NCBI GenBank assembly: GCA_963668025.2
Contig: CAXXTH010000017.1
Span: forward strand, 1,440,001-1,504,000
Length of the DNA stretch: 64,000 nucleotides
DNA from: Candidatus Hydrogenedentota bacterium
GTDB lineage: Bacteria; Hydrogenedentota; Hydrogenedentia; Hydrogenedentales; SLHB01
Direction of reading: 5' to 3'
Shown: in pieces, positions 10,524 through 20,359 of the stretch
Layout: the number at the start of each line of letters is the position of its first letter
Position numbering within the stretch: position 1 is the first letter of the stretch
Made by a program: the position numbers and the translations under genes
The notes under the pieces: generated by a model
What the model was told of the DNA's origin: nothing
Databases searched by the model: none
Seen by the model: the letters and a program-made list of their open reading frames with translations, nothing else

Positions 10524-11738
10524 CTATAACTCGGCCTCGATGCCGACAGAGTGTCCATCCGCATCTGTTTTCACCACCAAGATATCTTCGTGATCGGGAT
10601 GGCCTTCAATCTCGAAAGACTGGCTTCCGCCCGCCAGGACATAACCGCCGCTATTCGCCTCGATGACATCCCATGCCACGTCGAAATCCGTGCCGCCGAA
10701 AACTCGTTCCCAGGCCAATTCACCGAGGTTATCGATTTTCATAAGATACATGTCTTCATCGCTGAGCGACTCCGCCCGTCCACCGGCTACGATATAACCG
10801 CCATCATCGAGAGGACGGATCACATGCGCCGCATCGCGCCCGTCACTGCCATATGTCTTCTTCCAGGTGACAGCGCCCGCCGCATCCAGCTTCCACACAA
10901 AGACTTTCGAGTCTTGAGCGGTCAGATCATATTGGCCCGCCAGCACATATCCGCCGTCCGGCGCTACGCGCACATCGTCCAATTCCACCGCGACGTTATC
11001 ATCATACGTTTGCCGCCAAGCTTCCTGTCCGTTGGCGTCCGTTTTCAACAGCACGATGGAGCCATCGAAAGTCCAAGTCTCGGCATTAAACGAAATGGTC
11101 CACCAGCCCAGCAGATACCCGCCATCCGCTGTTTGAATCGCGCGCGCGATATGGCTGCCCTCATCACCGGTGGCCCGCCATTGCTCCACGCCCATCCGGT
11201 TGGTTTTGATCATGGCTGCGTTCGATGAACCGACGAGATCCAGCTCCACACCTACGATAAAGCCGCCATCCTTGGTTTGCTCGACAGTTTGTGCGAGATC
11301 ATGTGTGCCGCCATCGTACGTTTTACGCCAGAGTTCCTGGCCTTTCGGGTCGGTTTTCAGTAGAAACGCATCGCTGGTTTCATCAAAATCTCCACCAAAC
11401 CGGCCAGCTAGAATGTAACCGCCGTCATTGGTTTGGTCTACGGCGTAAGCGGCGTCATTTCGTTCATCCCCGTATTCCGCCATCCATGCTACGTTGCCGT
11501 TGGCGTCAAGTTTCACCAAGGTGGCATTGTCATCTTCTTCCGCCGTGGTTTCAGTGTAACCAGCGATTGCATATCCGCCGTCACATGTTTTCGTGATGGC
11601 TTGGGCGCAATCATCGGCCTCCGTGCCAAAGCCTATGTTTACAAACCATGTATCCAATATTACTGGAGGGCATCCTAGTAAAATAACTACTACAGCCGCC
11701 GCCATTCCCATGGTGATTAAGGTGCGTTTTCGATGCAT
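10524..11738 (-). CDS. Lipoprotein with repeated beta-propeller blades
   Basis: Lipobox 'LLGC'; about 7 repeats of 'QT.DGGY..aG...lKtD..G...W...y'. Confidence 0.75.
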   Translation of the reverse strand: MHRKRTLITMGMAAAVVVILLGCPPVILDTWFVNIGFGTEADDCAQAITKTCDGGYAIAGYTETTAEEDDNATLVKLDANGNVAWMAEYGDERNDAAYAVDQTNDGGYILAGRFGGDFDETSDAFLLKTDPKGQELWRKTYDGGTHDLAQTVEQTKDGGFIVGVELDLVGSSNAAMIKTNRMGVEQWRATGDEGSHIARAIQTADGGYLLGWWTISFNAETWTFDGSIVLLKTDANGQEAWRQTYDDNVAVELDDVRVAPDGGYVLAGQYDLTAQDSKVFVWKLDAAGAVTWKKTYGSDGRDAAHVIRPLDDGGYIVAGGRAESLSDEDMYLMKIDNLGELAWERVFGGTDFDVAWDVIEANSGGYVLAGGSQSFEIEGHPDHEDILVVKTDADGHSVGIEAEL

Positions 11739-11786
11739 TGCTCATTCTCTCCTTTACTTATCGACTTCATCCAAAAACTTGCGGTT

Positions 11787-12233
11787 CTACCAGCGTGAAG
11801 GGAAATAGCCATTGATGCAGATCACGTAATTCACCGCCAGGAATGGAGGGATAGTGCTTCCGGTGACTTCCTGCGCCGGGGCGGCCACAACGGCGGTTTG
11901 CGGCTCTTCGGAACCGCCATGCACGCTTACGGGCGTGAGGTTCAGCGAAAATGTCTCGCTGCCGCCCGTATCCCCCATGTATCGGTCGGTTAATCCGGGG
12001 TTTGCTGCTTTGCCTTGCGATAGGCCAAGCGAAGCGCCCAAGGGAACACGCGAACGCAGATCCGGCAATGCGAATGTACTCACGCCGTTTCCTCCATACG
12101 TGGTTCCAATGATGGCAAACAATGCTTGATTTTGCGAAATGGGCAGCAGTTGGCCATTGCAAAGCGCATATCCATTCGGTGCATAACTGCCAGCAAAAAG
12201 GGCGATTTCGCCAAGATAAGATTCTGGGCCCAT
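11787..12233 (-). CDS. Phage tail-collar domain protein (microcystin-dependent protein MdpB-like)
   Basis: 'YLGEIALFAGSYAPNGYALCNGQLLPISQNQALFAIIGTTYGGNG.STFALPDLRSR' and C-terminal 'PPFLAVNYVICINGYFPSR'. Confidence 0.88.
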   Translation of the reverse strand: MGPESYLGEIALFAGSYAPNGYALCNGQLLPISQNQALFAIIGTTYGGNGVSTFALPDLRSRVPLGASLGLSQGKAANPGLTDRYMGDTGGSETFSLNLTPVSVHGGSEEPQTAVVAAPAQEVTGSTIPPFLAVNYVICINGYFPSRW

Positions 12234-12289
12234 GATTCTATTTCCTTTCTCTTGTTCTATCGGAAGATAATTCTCGATATGCCATTCCG

Positions 12290-12733
12290 CTATAGTTGCC
12301 GGAGAAGCCGGTTTATCACGATCTGGAAACATCTGATTTCTGGATTGGGCGAAACAACGGAGGTCATGAACAGCTCGAATTCGCCTATCGTGTCATGGGA
12401 GAAGGAATACGTGCTCTGCTCAAGCTCATCTTCCTTGCCACCCTCGAAATATAACGAGAAGCATTCCAGGAGCGGTTTTCCGTCTTTCCCCATGCGAATT
12501 TTCTCTGGCGCTTCCAGGACGGCGGCCAGCTTCAGTTTTCTAGACGCCATACCGGGCTTGCTTACCGTAAACATACTTCCAATGTGGGGCTCGAACATTG
12601 CCTGGGTTAAGTCCTCCACCGCCCATTTCCTCCTTTCCGATACTAAGGCTCCTAACGCGGGCGCGCTCTGCAACATGGCTGTCGCTGCCGTGGCTCCGCA
12701 TATGGTGAGAAATCTCCTTCTACTGAGATTCAA
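12290..12733 (-). CDS. Tat-signal protein, DUF6916-like, of the type found beside tail-collar genes
   Basis: TTG start after AAGGAGG; twin-arginine 'LSRRRFL'; 'FEPHIGSMF...FSLYFEG...LEQSTYSFSHDTIGEFELFM'. Confidence 0.65.
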   Translation of the reverse strand: MNLSRRRFLTICGATAATAMLQSAPALGALVSERRKWAVEDLTQAMFEPHIGSMFTVSKPGMASRKLKLAAVLEAPEKIRMGKDGKPLLECFSLYFEGGKEDELEQSTYSFSHDTIGEFELFMTSVVSPNPEIRCFQIVINRLLRQL

Positions 12734-12898
12734 TGCCGTACCCTCCTTTCGGTTGTGTGCCATGATGGGTGAATGGAACGTCATAATATCACAAATCGTT
12801 GCCATTGGAAAGATGGTTTTGTGTGCCAGGAAATCCGTTGATACAGTGTTTCCCATGCGCAAATGGAAATAAAATACGCGGCAAATTTGTTTATTTTT

Positions 12899-13084
12899 GT
12901 AACTGTCTAGCCGGTTCTGCAATTTGCACAAAGAAACCCGAACACCGCGATTCCCGCAAACGCATAAATCCAGATAATCCAGCAAAAAAGCGTATATCAG
13001 ACCCTTAATTCCCGCATTCATGGGAATGAAGTTCACACTTTCGAGCATGATGTCTTCAAATTTTGACACCTGCTAGACAGTTAC
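12899..13084. mobile_element. 186-bp MITE, copy 1
   Basis: 17-bp terminal inverted repeats GTAACTGTCTAGC(C/A)GGT; perfect 8-bp flanking direct repeat TTATTTTT; homologous copy at 59855-60040. Confidence 0.85.
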
Positions 13085-13127
13085 TTATTTTTAATTAATC
13101 ATTTGAAATTAGTGTGTTTACAAAAAT

Positions 13128-13156
13128 AAAAAAAGCGGCAGTACACCGCCGCTTTT
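13128..13156 (-). terminator. Rho-independent terminator
   Basis: Minus strand AAAAGCGGCGG-TGTA-CTGCCGCTTTTTTT, downstream of the 13186 stop. Confidence 0.7.
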
Positions 13157-13185
13157 CATGTGGAAATCAAGAAGGACATGATGGA

Positions 13186-15078
13186 TTATTCCGTTTTTAC
13201 CGCCTCCCAATAATCGGCTTGCATACCCTGGACATCGACGCTGGTCCACACATGGATAGAGAAACCGTCTTGTTCAAAGTTTTCTTCGACCGCTAGATTT
13301 GGGCGCAGGAAGGCCTCGATAACGGCGACATCCCACAAAATGCGCGTTGCATCGTTCGGACAGTGTTCATCCCATCGCTTGACCAAGTAATCAGGCACTC
13401 CTCCCTTGCCTTTAAAATGAGCTTCCACATCAGCCTTGGCCCATTTGAAATCGCGAAGGGAACTTGTTGGCATGATATGTAGTTCCGCGCCGCTTTTAAG
13501 GAGGCTGGCGCTCGCATTCAGATCGCCATGGGCGTTGAATTCATTTGGCTGGATTTGTCCATCTATATAGTTGAAGCCTATTACTCGGACCATTATTTTG
13601 TCCTTAATGCTGGGCTCAAGCAGCATCGCGGATGCGATATTGGTGTATGCTCCAAGCACGAATACATGGAGTTTCTGGCCATCCGGAGTCTCTTTTGCCT
13701 TGGCGATAATATCCCGGGCGGCGGGCGAATCCACCGGCGTGGATGGATCAGGCATGGGCGTAAGAGCCCCCTGCGGATGAGCGATCTGGTCTGTCAATCC
13801 CATCAGCGCGAGTATGTCTTCATTCATTTTCTGGCTTTTGCGCATGCCTTCGGCGAAATCGGGTATGCCCCCCCAGCTCATCGAAGACAGCCCCACCACA
13901 CTAAACTCCGGGGCGGACAATGCGCGGAATATAGCGTAGGGATCGTCAAGCTCATTAGCGGTATCCGTGTCGATATACACCAGGGATTTGACTGGCTCAC
14001 TCAGCGCTTGGCGGATGATGGGAAACAGGCAATGGGCTTGCCGGTTCATTCCGAGATCATTGGGGTGGCAGCCATCGACCGTGCCTTCGCCGTCATAACC
14101 GATGAGATCCGTTCCTGGAACCAGGAAAAGGCCCTTGATTCCTTCGTTTTGCAGGTTTTTTACGGCTGCCTCCTGATTGCGGGTGTATTCCGTGGGATGC
14201 GCCTCGGGGCGTATGAGGGATTGGCCGACAAAGATCATGGGCGTATCCGGATGCGCCTTGCGAATGGCATGCACAAGCTGGGTAATGCGCTCTAGATACA
14301 CATCGGGGCCAGCTTGCGTATTCCATGTGCAATCGATCACATACGCCGCCGGATCCAGTTCAGCCAGCGGTTCGCCCACGGGCGGCTCCATCGTGGCCGA
14401 GCCGGAAAATCCTAGGTTAATTACGGGCCGGTCTAGCAATCGCCCGAGTATCGCCGTCCAAGCCATACCTGGCCGGGACGCACATCCGCCTTGGACAATT
14501 GATGTGCCATAGACAACCACCGGTTTACTTTTGCCTTCGGGACGCGGCGCGGGTTTATCCAGATGGGCGTCCTGTGGCGCGCCGATCTCGATGGATTTCA
14601 CGCCGTTATAGAGGGGGAAATACAGCAGGCACTCACGCTGAGGCTTCGCGCCGTCCGGAAAGATGAATGTAACAAGATTAGCATCCACCTGGTGCGGGGC
14701 TCCATTGCCAATGAAACGCCAGGCGCCATCGGCTGCACGGGTGTATAAATCTACACCGCTGACACCAGTGGAGGGCATGTGGGGCATATCGAGCGCTTCC
14801 CGCGTGAGCGACCAGCGGACGCTGATGGAGGCGGCGTCCGTGGTGAAACGGGCGCAGATGCCCGCGCTGTCCTTGCTCAAATCCCACACGTGCGGGTTTA
14901 CTTTATCCTTGGCGCTATCCGGAAGGCGGTCGTAAGGGCCTGCGGTATTGGCCCATCCTCTGCCCTCTATCTCGAACGAACCGGCATCACGCCATTGCAA
15001 CTCCTGCCCCATGGCGAGGCCAGGAAACAAAACAAACAGAACCAACAAGGCTAGTGCAGAGGAATATAAGGCCGTCAT
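13186..15078 (-). CDS. Secreted fusion of an SGNH/GDSL hydrolase (GxDLY type) and an inosine-uridine nucleoside hydrolase-like domain
   Basis: Signal peptide; 'GVSGVDLY', 'YGTSIVQGGCASRPG', 'NLGFSG', 'DGCHPNDLG'; then 'IDTDTANELDD', 'EFNAHGD', 'LWD'. Confidence 0.8.
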   Translation of the reverse strand: MTALYSSALALLVLFVLFPGLAMGQELQWRDAGSFEIEGRGWANTAGPYDRLPDSAKDKVNPHVWDLSKDSAGICARFTTDAASISVRWSLTREALDMPHMPSTGVSGVDLYTRAADGAWRFIGNGAPHQVDANLVTFIFPDGAKPQRECLLYFPLYNGVKSIEIGAPQDAHLDKPAPRPEGKSKPVVVYGTSIVQGGCASRPGMAWTAILGRLLDRPVINLGFSGSATMEPPVGEPLAELDPAAYVIDCTWNTQAGPDVYLERITQLVHAIRKAHPDTPMIFVGQSLIRPEAHPTEYTRNQEAAVKNLQNEGIKGLFLVPGTDLIGYDGEGTVDGCHPNDLGMNRQAHCLFPIIRQALSEPVKSLVYIDTDTANELDDPYAIFRALSAPEFSVVGLSSMSWGGIPDFAEGMRKSQKMNEDILALMGLTDQIAHPQGALTPMPDPSTPVDSPAARDIIAKAKETPDGQKLHVFVLGAYTNIASAMLLEPSIKDKIMVRVIGFNYIDGQIQPNEFNAHGDLNASASLLKSGAELHIMPTSSLRDFKWAKADVEAHFKGKGGVPDYLVKRWDEHCPNDATRILWDVAVIEAFLRPNLAVEENFEQDGFSIHVWTSVDVQGMQADYWEAVKTE

Positions 15079-15177
15079 TTGTTTATCCTTTCGTGTGCGC
15101 CGCTCCGGGAGCGGCGCTAGATCATAAATGCTGTGTTGACTGTAGGGAGGTGGGATGGCGGAAGTCAAATATGCCCG

Positions 15178-17475
15178 CTAGAAGGCCGGCCCCATGGGCG
15201 TATTCTTAAAGGTGGGGGTTGGCGGGTCGGCGGATTTGCGGATCTCCGCGAGCAAGGCCTGGCAGCGTTCGTCCAAATCGGCGCAATGTTCGAGGATTTG
15301 AGCCGCGCGCCCTTGCCGCAATTCCAGCCGCAAGTGGGTGAATTCACGGGCCAGCGGGATGACTTTGAGGCCCAATTCCCGCGCGATTTCTGTTTTGCCC
15401 CGCCCCATTACCCGGCACAGTACGCCATCGCACGCACAGACAGCGGCGGTGGCGGAGATGATGTGCTTTCGAGCGCCGGCAATCGCTGGGGCGCCATAAA
15501 TCAGATCAACCAGCATATCGCGGGCGCGGTCCATTAATTCGAGTTTTGCAATGTCATCGCCCGATAGATCTTGCATGATCCGCTCGACGGCTCCGGTATG
15601 AAGCCCATACGCGCGGGCCAGCTCCATGTTGAACACAAGCTGGTGGCGGTCATCTTCCGCCAAGTGCCAGGCGATGGCGTCACGCCAATACGCACATACA
15701 TGAGGCGTTCCCGCCAAGACCATGCGCGCCTGCCCGGGGAACATTTCGACATGGCGCGACAAGGCCATGGGCGCCCAGGTGCGCGTACGCACGAAATCGG
15801 TCAGGTCATACATCTCGTAATTTTTCATCAATGCAGGCGGAATATCGACGTCCGCCGACACCATGCCCCGGATATCATTGCTGATGACGATGTGGAGGTT
15901 AAAATCCTCTCCGCGCAGACGGTATGAACTGGTGGCCTCCATGCCGTCGGGCATCTGGGGGCTTTCGGAAGAAAGGCGGCTTTTTACAAACCAATGCTTG
16001 GGAAGCGCCGCGGGGCGGGTATGGAGCAGCATAGGCGCCACCGCGACGAAACGCTCCATGGCGTTATCCAATTCCGCCCATAGGTCGGAAAACGCCAAAA
16101 ATGGCCCCGTGAGTGAACGCTCATATGTGCCGCCCATCCAGACGGGTTCATTATGGTAATAGCGGCTGAACCATCCCCGTGCGCCGTTTGCAAAGCCTAG
16201 ATTCACCATGAGGCGCACTTCAGGGCAACTGCTCCATTCTGGCGAGCCAGTGGCATACACATGCGTAGGCGCTTCGACCCAGAGCTGCTGCCCGCCTAAT
16301 AGGTGCACATGCTCGCGCACAATGCGGCCCAAATCCCAGGGCACATGGGAGGATGGATTCGCCAGCCCGGAAACGGAAAAGTGGGGCGCATATAAGGGCA
16401 AGCCTGTGGAAAACTGTGCCAGAATGCACAAGGGGTGTTTTTCATCGGCCTTTTCTAAGATTTGCCGTGCTTGGAGTAATTCCGAAAACTGCTCTTCCGT
16501 GGGCATATTCGAAAACGACCAGCCGAGCACGACATCCGAATCGGCATATGGCTTCACATTCCGGTCGATGAACTCTTGCCAGTCATCCGCATCGCCCTTT
16601 TGAGGGCCCGCGAGATGGAGGACGAGTTTCATCCCATATGTCTTGGCGCAGTGGAGGAGCTCCGCTTTTTCTCCTGCGCTTAACTGGTTCACATTTTCAA
16701 TCGCGACACAATTGTGATGATGCTTGACAATGTCTTCGAGGGTAAGCCCCCAATACTCGGGGAGGGATAACCCCAGCAGTTCCGTGAGGCGGCGCGCGGA
16801 AGCGGCGTCCATGCATACCCCGAGGGGAAGGAATTTATCGAGAATATCGAAATGCTTCGGTTTTGGATGGGCATCGAGCTGGAGGTCCGCTTTGCGCAGC
16901 GCCTCCTCTTCCGCTGGCGTCATCGCGCGAAAACGGATGGATGCAATATCCATGGATTGCGTCGTGCGGGAGGTGGAGCGCAGCCGCACGGTGACGGTAT
17001 CCAGTGTCCCGGGAAATCCGAAATGGGGGATACGGAGCGCCACGGTGCGCCATGCCTGGCTGGGCGGCAGCGCGATAGCCTGGAGCCCAGCCGCGTAGCC
17101 CCACACCACTTCGGGGAAAGCGGTGTCACTGGCGCAACGATAAGTGATTTCGAAAATGGGAAACTTCCGCAAATCAATGGGGAAACGATCGTCTTTCGCG
17201 CCTAGCGACGTGAGAGGCGCCCAAAAGCCTGGGTGATCCGCAGGCAGGATATCTATCCGGCGCACGTCTTCAAACCGGCCCATTAAGCGGACACAGTCCT
17301 CCCGGCGTATACGGCTTGCAGGAATGCTGCTCCACGCTTTATCTGGACATAAATCCTTCGCCGCCCACTGGGCAAGCTCCGCCGGGCCGAAAACAATGGC
17401 TTCTACGCTACCGCGGGCATTGTCTTCCGTGGCATATAGGATTTCTTTTAAATATCCAGCGTATTCGTACAGCAT
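15178..17475 (-). CDS. Hypothetical 765-aa protein, possibly with a glycoside-hydrolase-like TIM barrel
   Basis: Long ORF with RBS (AGGAGA), co-oriented with the sugar ABC genes; 'VLGWSFSNMP' and 'ANGARGWFS' weakly GH-like. Confidence 0.55.
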   Translation of the reverse strand: MLYEYAGYLKEILYATEDNARGSVEAIVFGPAELAQWAAKDLCPDKAWSSIPASRIRREDCVRLMGRFEDVRRIDILPADHPGFWAPLTSLGAKDDRFPIDLRKFPIFEITYRCASDTAFPEVVWGYAAGLQAIALPPSQAWRTVALRIPHFGFPGTLDTVTVRLRSTSRTTQSMDIASIRFRAMTPAEEEALRKADLQLDAHPKPKHFDILDKFLPLGVCMDAASARRLTELLGLSLPEYWGLTLEDIVKHHHNCVAIENVNQLSAGEKAELLHCAKTYGMKLVLHLAGPQKGDADDWQEFIDRNVKPYADSDVVLGWSFSNMPTEEQFSELLQARQILEKADEKHPLCILAQFSTGLPLYAPHFSVSGLANPSSHVPWDLGRIVREHVHLLGGQQLWVEAPTHVYATGSPEWSSCPEVRLMVNLGFANGARGWFSRYYHNEPVWMGGTYERSLTGPFLAFSDLWAELDNAMERFVAVAPMLLHTRPAALPKHWFVKSRLSSESPQMPDGMEATSSYRLRGEDFNLHIVISNDIRGMVSADVDIPPALMKNYEMYDLTDFVRTRTWAPMALSRHVEMFPGQARMVLAGTPHVCAYWRDAIAWHLAEDDRHQLVFNMELARAYGLHTGAVERIMQDLSGDDIAKLELMDRARDMLVDLIYGAPAIAGARKHIISATAAVCACDGVLCRVMGRGKTEIARELGLKVIPLAREFTHLRLELRQGRAAQILEHCADLDERCQALLAEIRKSADPPTPTFKNTPMGPAF

Positions 17476-17884
17476 GCTCTCCTGCTAGAGGCGGCAGCCC
17501 GGCCATAAGCTACTAGGCGGGCTGCGCCCCGCCTTTTTGCGTCCGGCGCATCATCCATTCATCAATGAACACCCCCGCTAGAATCGCGCCGCCAATGACC
17601 ACATATTCCAATTCGCTTGCGATTCCGAGGATATTCACCAAATTGCGCAATACGACGATGAGTGACGCCCCGATCACGACTCCCACGATATTGCCTGAAC
17701 CTCCGCGCAAGCTGCACCCGCCAAGCACGGCCCCCGCGATGGCGTATAGCTCATAAAACCCGCCGAAGTCGCTCGGCCCCATGCTATTCACTTTAAATGC
17801 AATGAGCAGGCCGCCGATGGCGGAGAGCAGCGCACACAATACATAGGCGAGGATTTTAAGCCCATTCGTGGAGATGCCGCTAAA

Positions 17885-19723
17885 GGGCCTGTCGATTAAG
17901 CAGCCGCCTCGATAGGGTATATCTCCACCGCATCGACAGGAATGCGCCGGGGATGCCGATTCGACGTTATTCGTGGGAAAAAAGCATAGGCTACGGCTCT
18001 AGCTGCGGCATGAAGCCCCGCCAGGACCGTGTTTACGCCAGGATGGCCGCCTTGGGGGAAGCCGGTGGCCATGTTTGCCTTGCGGGCCAGAAGTTTTTTG
18101 AGGGTATACGCGGTGCAAATCCAGGACCAGTCGCACCGGACTTTCTCCAGGCCGCGCCGGGCGAAGCGGCGGATGCCCATGCACGACTTGATGACGCCGA
18201 ACAATCCTTCGATCCCCGGGGCGCGTTTCTTGTAGATGGCCCGGCCTTCTTCGGTCTTCATGCGCTCGTCCGCGGCCTCGCGCAGCGGTTCGTGTTCGTC
18301 GCGGGTGATGGTCCGGTGCGTGGCCTTTCCTTTGATGCATTGCCCCGCCAGCGGGCAGCCGGGGCAGGCTTCGCATTGGTAGGTGGCGTATGAAACGCCG
18401 TCTTTGTCCGTGCCGTGTTTCGAGGCCGCCATCTCGTGGCCCATGGGGCAATGGTAGGAGTCGGCTTGTTCGTCGTACACAAATGCGGTGCGGGCGAACT
18501 GGCCGCCTTGTTTGGGCAGGCGTTCCACCGCTTCTTGGGCCACGGGAAGCGCGGGCTCGGGGCGTTGAGCCGGATTGTCCGCCCCAGAGGCCGAGCGGGT
18601 GGGCATGTAGGCCTCTATCCCTTGGGCCTCAAGGGCTTCGAGCACTTGGCCCGCGGCAAAATTGCCGTCGGCGGCGATTGCGCAAGGCTTCTCGCCCGTA
18701 AGGGCTTCAACGGCCTCCACCGCCGGGCAAACGGCGCTGGCCTCGTCGGAACCCGCCAGCACATCATCATAGAGGATAGCGCCTGTTTGCGCGTCAATCG
18801 CGGCCACGGGGGTGTAATTCGGCGCGTAGCCCCCTTCTTTGTTGGGGGTGATTTGGGAGTCCGGATCGCTCACGGGCACTCGGACGGGTTTGGCGTTCTT
18901 GCCATTGTGCTCTTGGGACTTCGCGTCTCGCCTGCGGGCGGCGTCGAGGGCTTTTTGAAGCTGTTTGCGTTTCGTTTCGAGCCGCGCGATTTCCTGGCTG
19001 GCCTTTTCCAACTGTTCCGCAACGTCTCCATCCGGCTCCATGCCCGCCAGAAACTCGGTTTCAGGAAGGGCTTGGGCATCATTGCGCCGCATTTCCTCCA
19101 TCCGGCGGTCCAGTTCCCTTATAATCTTCTCGATGGTCCCGGCCGTGCGCGCCCCGTGGCGGTCGCTGTCGGCCCGCAAACGGGTGCCGTCGATGAGCAA
19201 TTCCAATAGCGGCTTCTCGCGCTCACCTAGCAGGAGCTGGGCGATTTGCCGCTTCAACTCGTCGATGGCTTTGGCGTGGCGCACCCGGAATTTGGCGAAC
19301 GTGGAGTGATCGGGCGTGAACCCTTCAAGGAACCATATGAAATCCAGGTGCTTGCACGCCGCCATTTCCAGCTCGCGCGACGAACGCACGCGGTGCATCA
19401 GCCCGTACAGGATAGCTCCCGCCAGGTAATGTGGATGGATCGGCGGCTGGCCAACGCCCACATAGGCAGCCTCCCAAGCGCTCCAATCCAGTTCATCCAA
19501 AATCCGTGCGAATATCCGGATGGGCGCATCCGCCGGGAGCATCTCGTCCAGATACTGGGGATACAGCACCATTTGATGCCGCTGCGCCTTCGGAGTGGCG
19601 AATAGAATGTCTCGTGCGTTCATGTGGGTTTCCCTGGTGACACCAATAATAAATTCTATTCTACTAGAAATCGAGTTATATGTCTATATAAATTCTACCC
19701 CGGCGCACTACATCGACAGGCCC
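17885..19723 (-). mobile_element. IS1182-family insertion sequence (about 1.84 kb)
   Basis: Terminal inverted repeats GGGCCTGTCGAT / ATCGACAGGCCC; target duplication TAAA (or CTAAAG with ends 1 bp inward); single transposase ORF. Confidence 0.88.
17896..19623 (-). CDS. IS1182-family DDE transposase
   Basis: 'RSSRELE', 'PDHSTFAKFR', 'IDGTRLRA', 'SDPDS', 'ADGNF', 'YHCPMGH', 'CPGCPLAGQC', 'YKKRAPGIEGLFGVIK'. Confidence 0.92.
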   Translation of the reverse strand: MNARDILFATPKAQRHQMVLYPQYLDEMLPADAPIRIFARILDELDWSAWEAAYVGVGQPPIHPHYLAGAILYGLMHRVRSSRELEMAACKHLDFIWFLEGFTPDHSTFAKFRVRHAKAIDELKRQIAQLLLGEREKPLLELLIDGTRLRADSDRHGARTAGTIEKIIRELDRRMEEMRRNDAQALPETEFLAGMEPDGDVAEQLEKASQEIARLETKRKQLQKALDAARRRDAKSQEHNGKNAKPVRVPVSDPDSQITPNKEGGYAPNYTPVAAIDAQTGAILYDDVLAGSDEASAVCPAVEAVEALTGEKPCAIAADGNFAAGQVLEALEAQGIEAYMPTRSASGADNPAQRPEPALPVAQEAVERLPKQGGQFARTAFVYDEQADSYHCPMGHEMAASKHGTDKDGVSYATYQCEACPGCPLAGQCIKGKATHRTITRDEHEPLREAADERMKTEEGRAIYKKRAPGIEGLFGVIKSCMGIRRFARRGLEKVRCDWSWICTAYTLKKLLARKANMATGFPQGGHPGVNTVLAGLHAAARAVAYAFFPRITSNRHPRRIPVDAVEIYPIEAAA

Positions 19724-20359
19724 TAAAGCGGGCCGCTTCCTCATTGGCCCCCAAAGCGAACAAATGGCGGCCTTGCGCCGTGAAATGCAAATACATGCCC
19801 ACGATGAACGCAAGAATGAGGAAGATGAGAAAAGGCGTTGGTAAAAAGGCGTTTTCATTCGGGATGAAGCCATTTCCCAGCCATGTCAAATCGGGATATG
19901 CCGAGCCAAATCCTTGCGTCCAATCTTTGGCGGTATAACGGGCGATGCCACGGTAAAAGAAAAGGCCGCACAACGTCACCACGAACGGCTGCATGCGCGC
20001 CTTTGTAATCAGGACGCCGTGCCACGTTCCAATGAGCGCACCTAAGGCTAGCATGCCGGGGATCACCAGGAAGGGCGAATAGCCATTCCCTTTATCCAGC
20101 AGCAATGCCGCCGAAATGCCCACAAGCCCCACGATGCTTCCCACGGATAGATCAATGCCTCCCGTGATAATAACGAATGCTTGCCCCAGGCTCAAAATGC
20201 CAAATAGGCCTACCCACGTTAATACATTGCGCATATTAGCGGCGCAAATAAAATCCACGCGGCCTTTTTGAGTGTATTCCCATAGGCATACCACGGCAAC
20301 AAGAATTGCCAGCAGGCCTATCAGGCTCAGTGCTTTCCGCATAACTACACGTTCTCCCT

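Larger units (their letters stand above)
17513..20342 (-). pseudogene. Ribose/xylose-family ABC permease interrupted by an IS
   Basis: 5' part has 'GGIDLSVGS'; 3' part has 'YELYAIAGAVLGGCSLRGGSG'. Removing the IS and one target copy restores in-frame '...NEEAARFSGISTNGLKILAYVLC...'. Confidence 0.88.

Noticed and set aside
12740-12890. c-di-GMP riboswitch or sigma54 promoter upstream of the tail-collar cassette
   Set aside because: TGGCAC is not followed by TTGC at -12, and riboswitch consensus elements are missing
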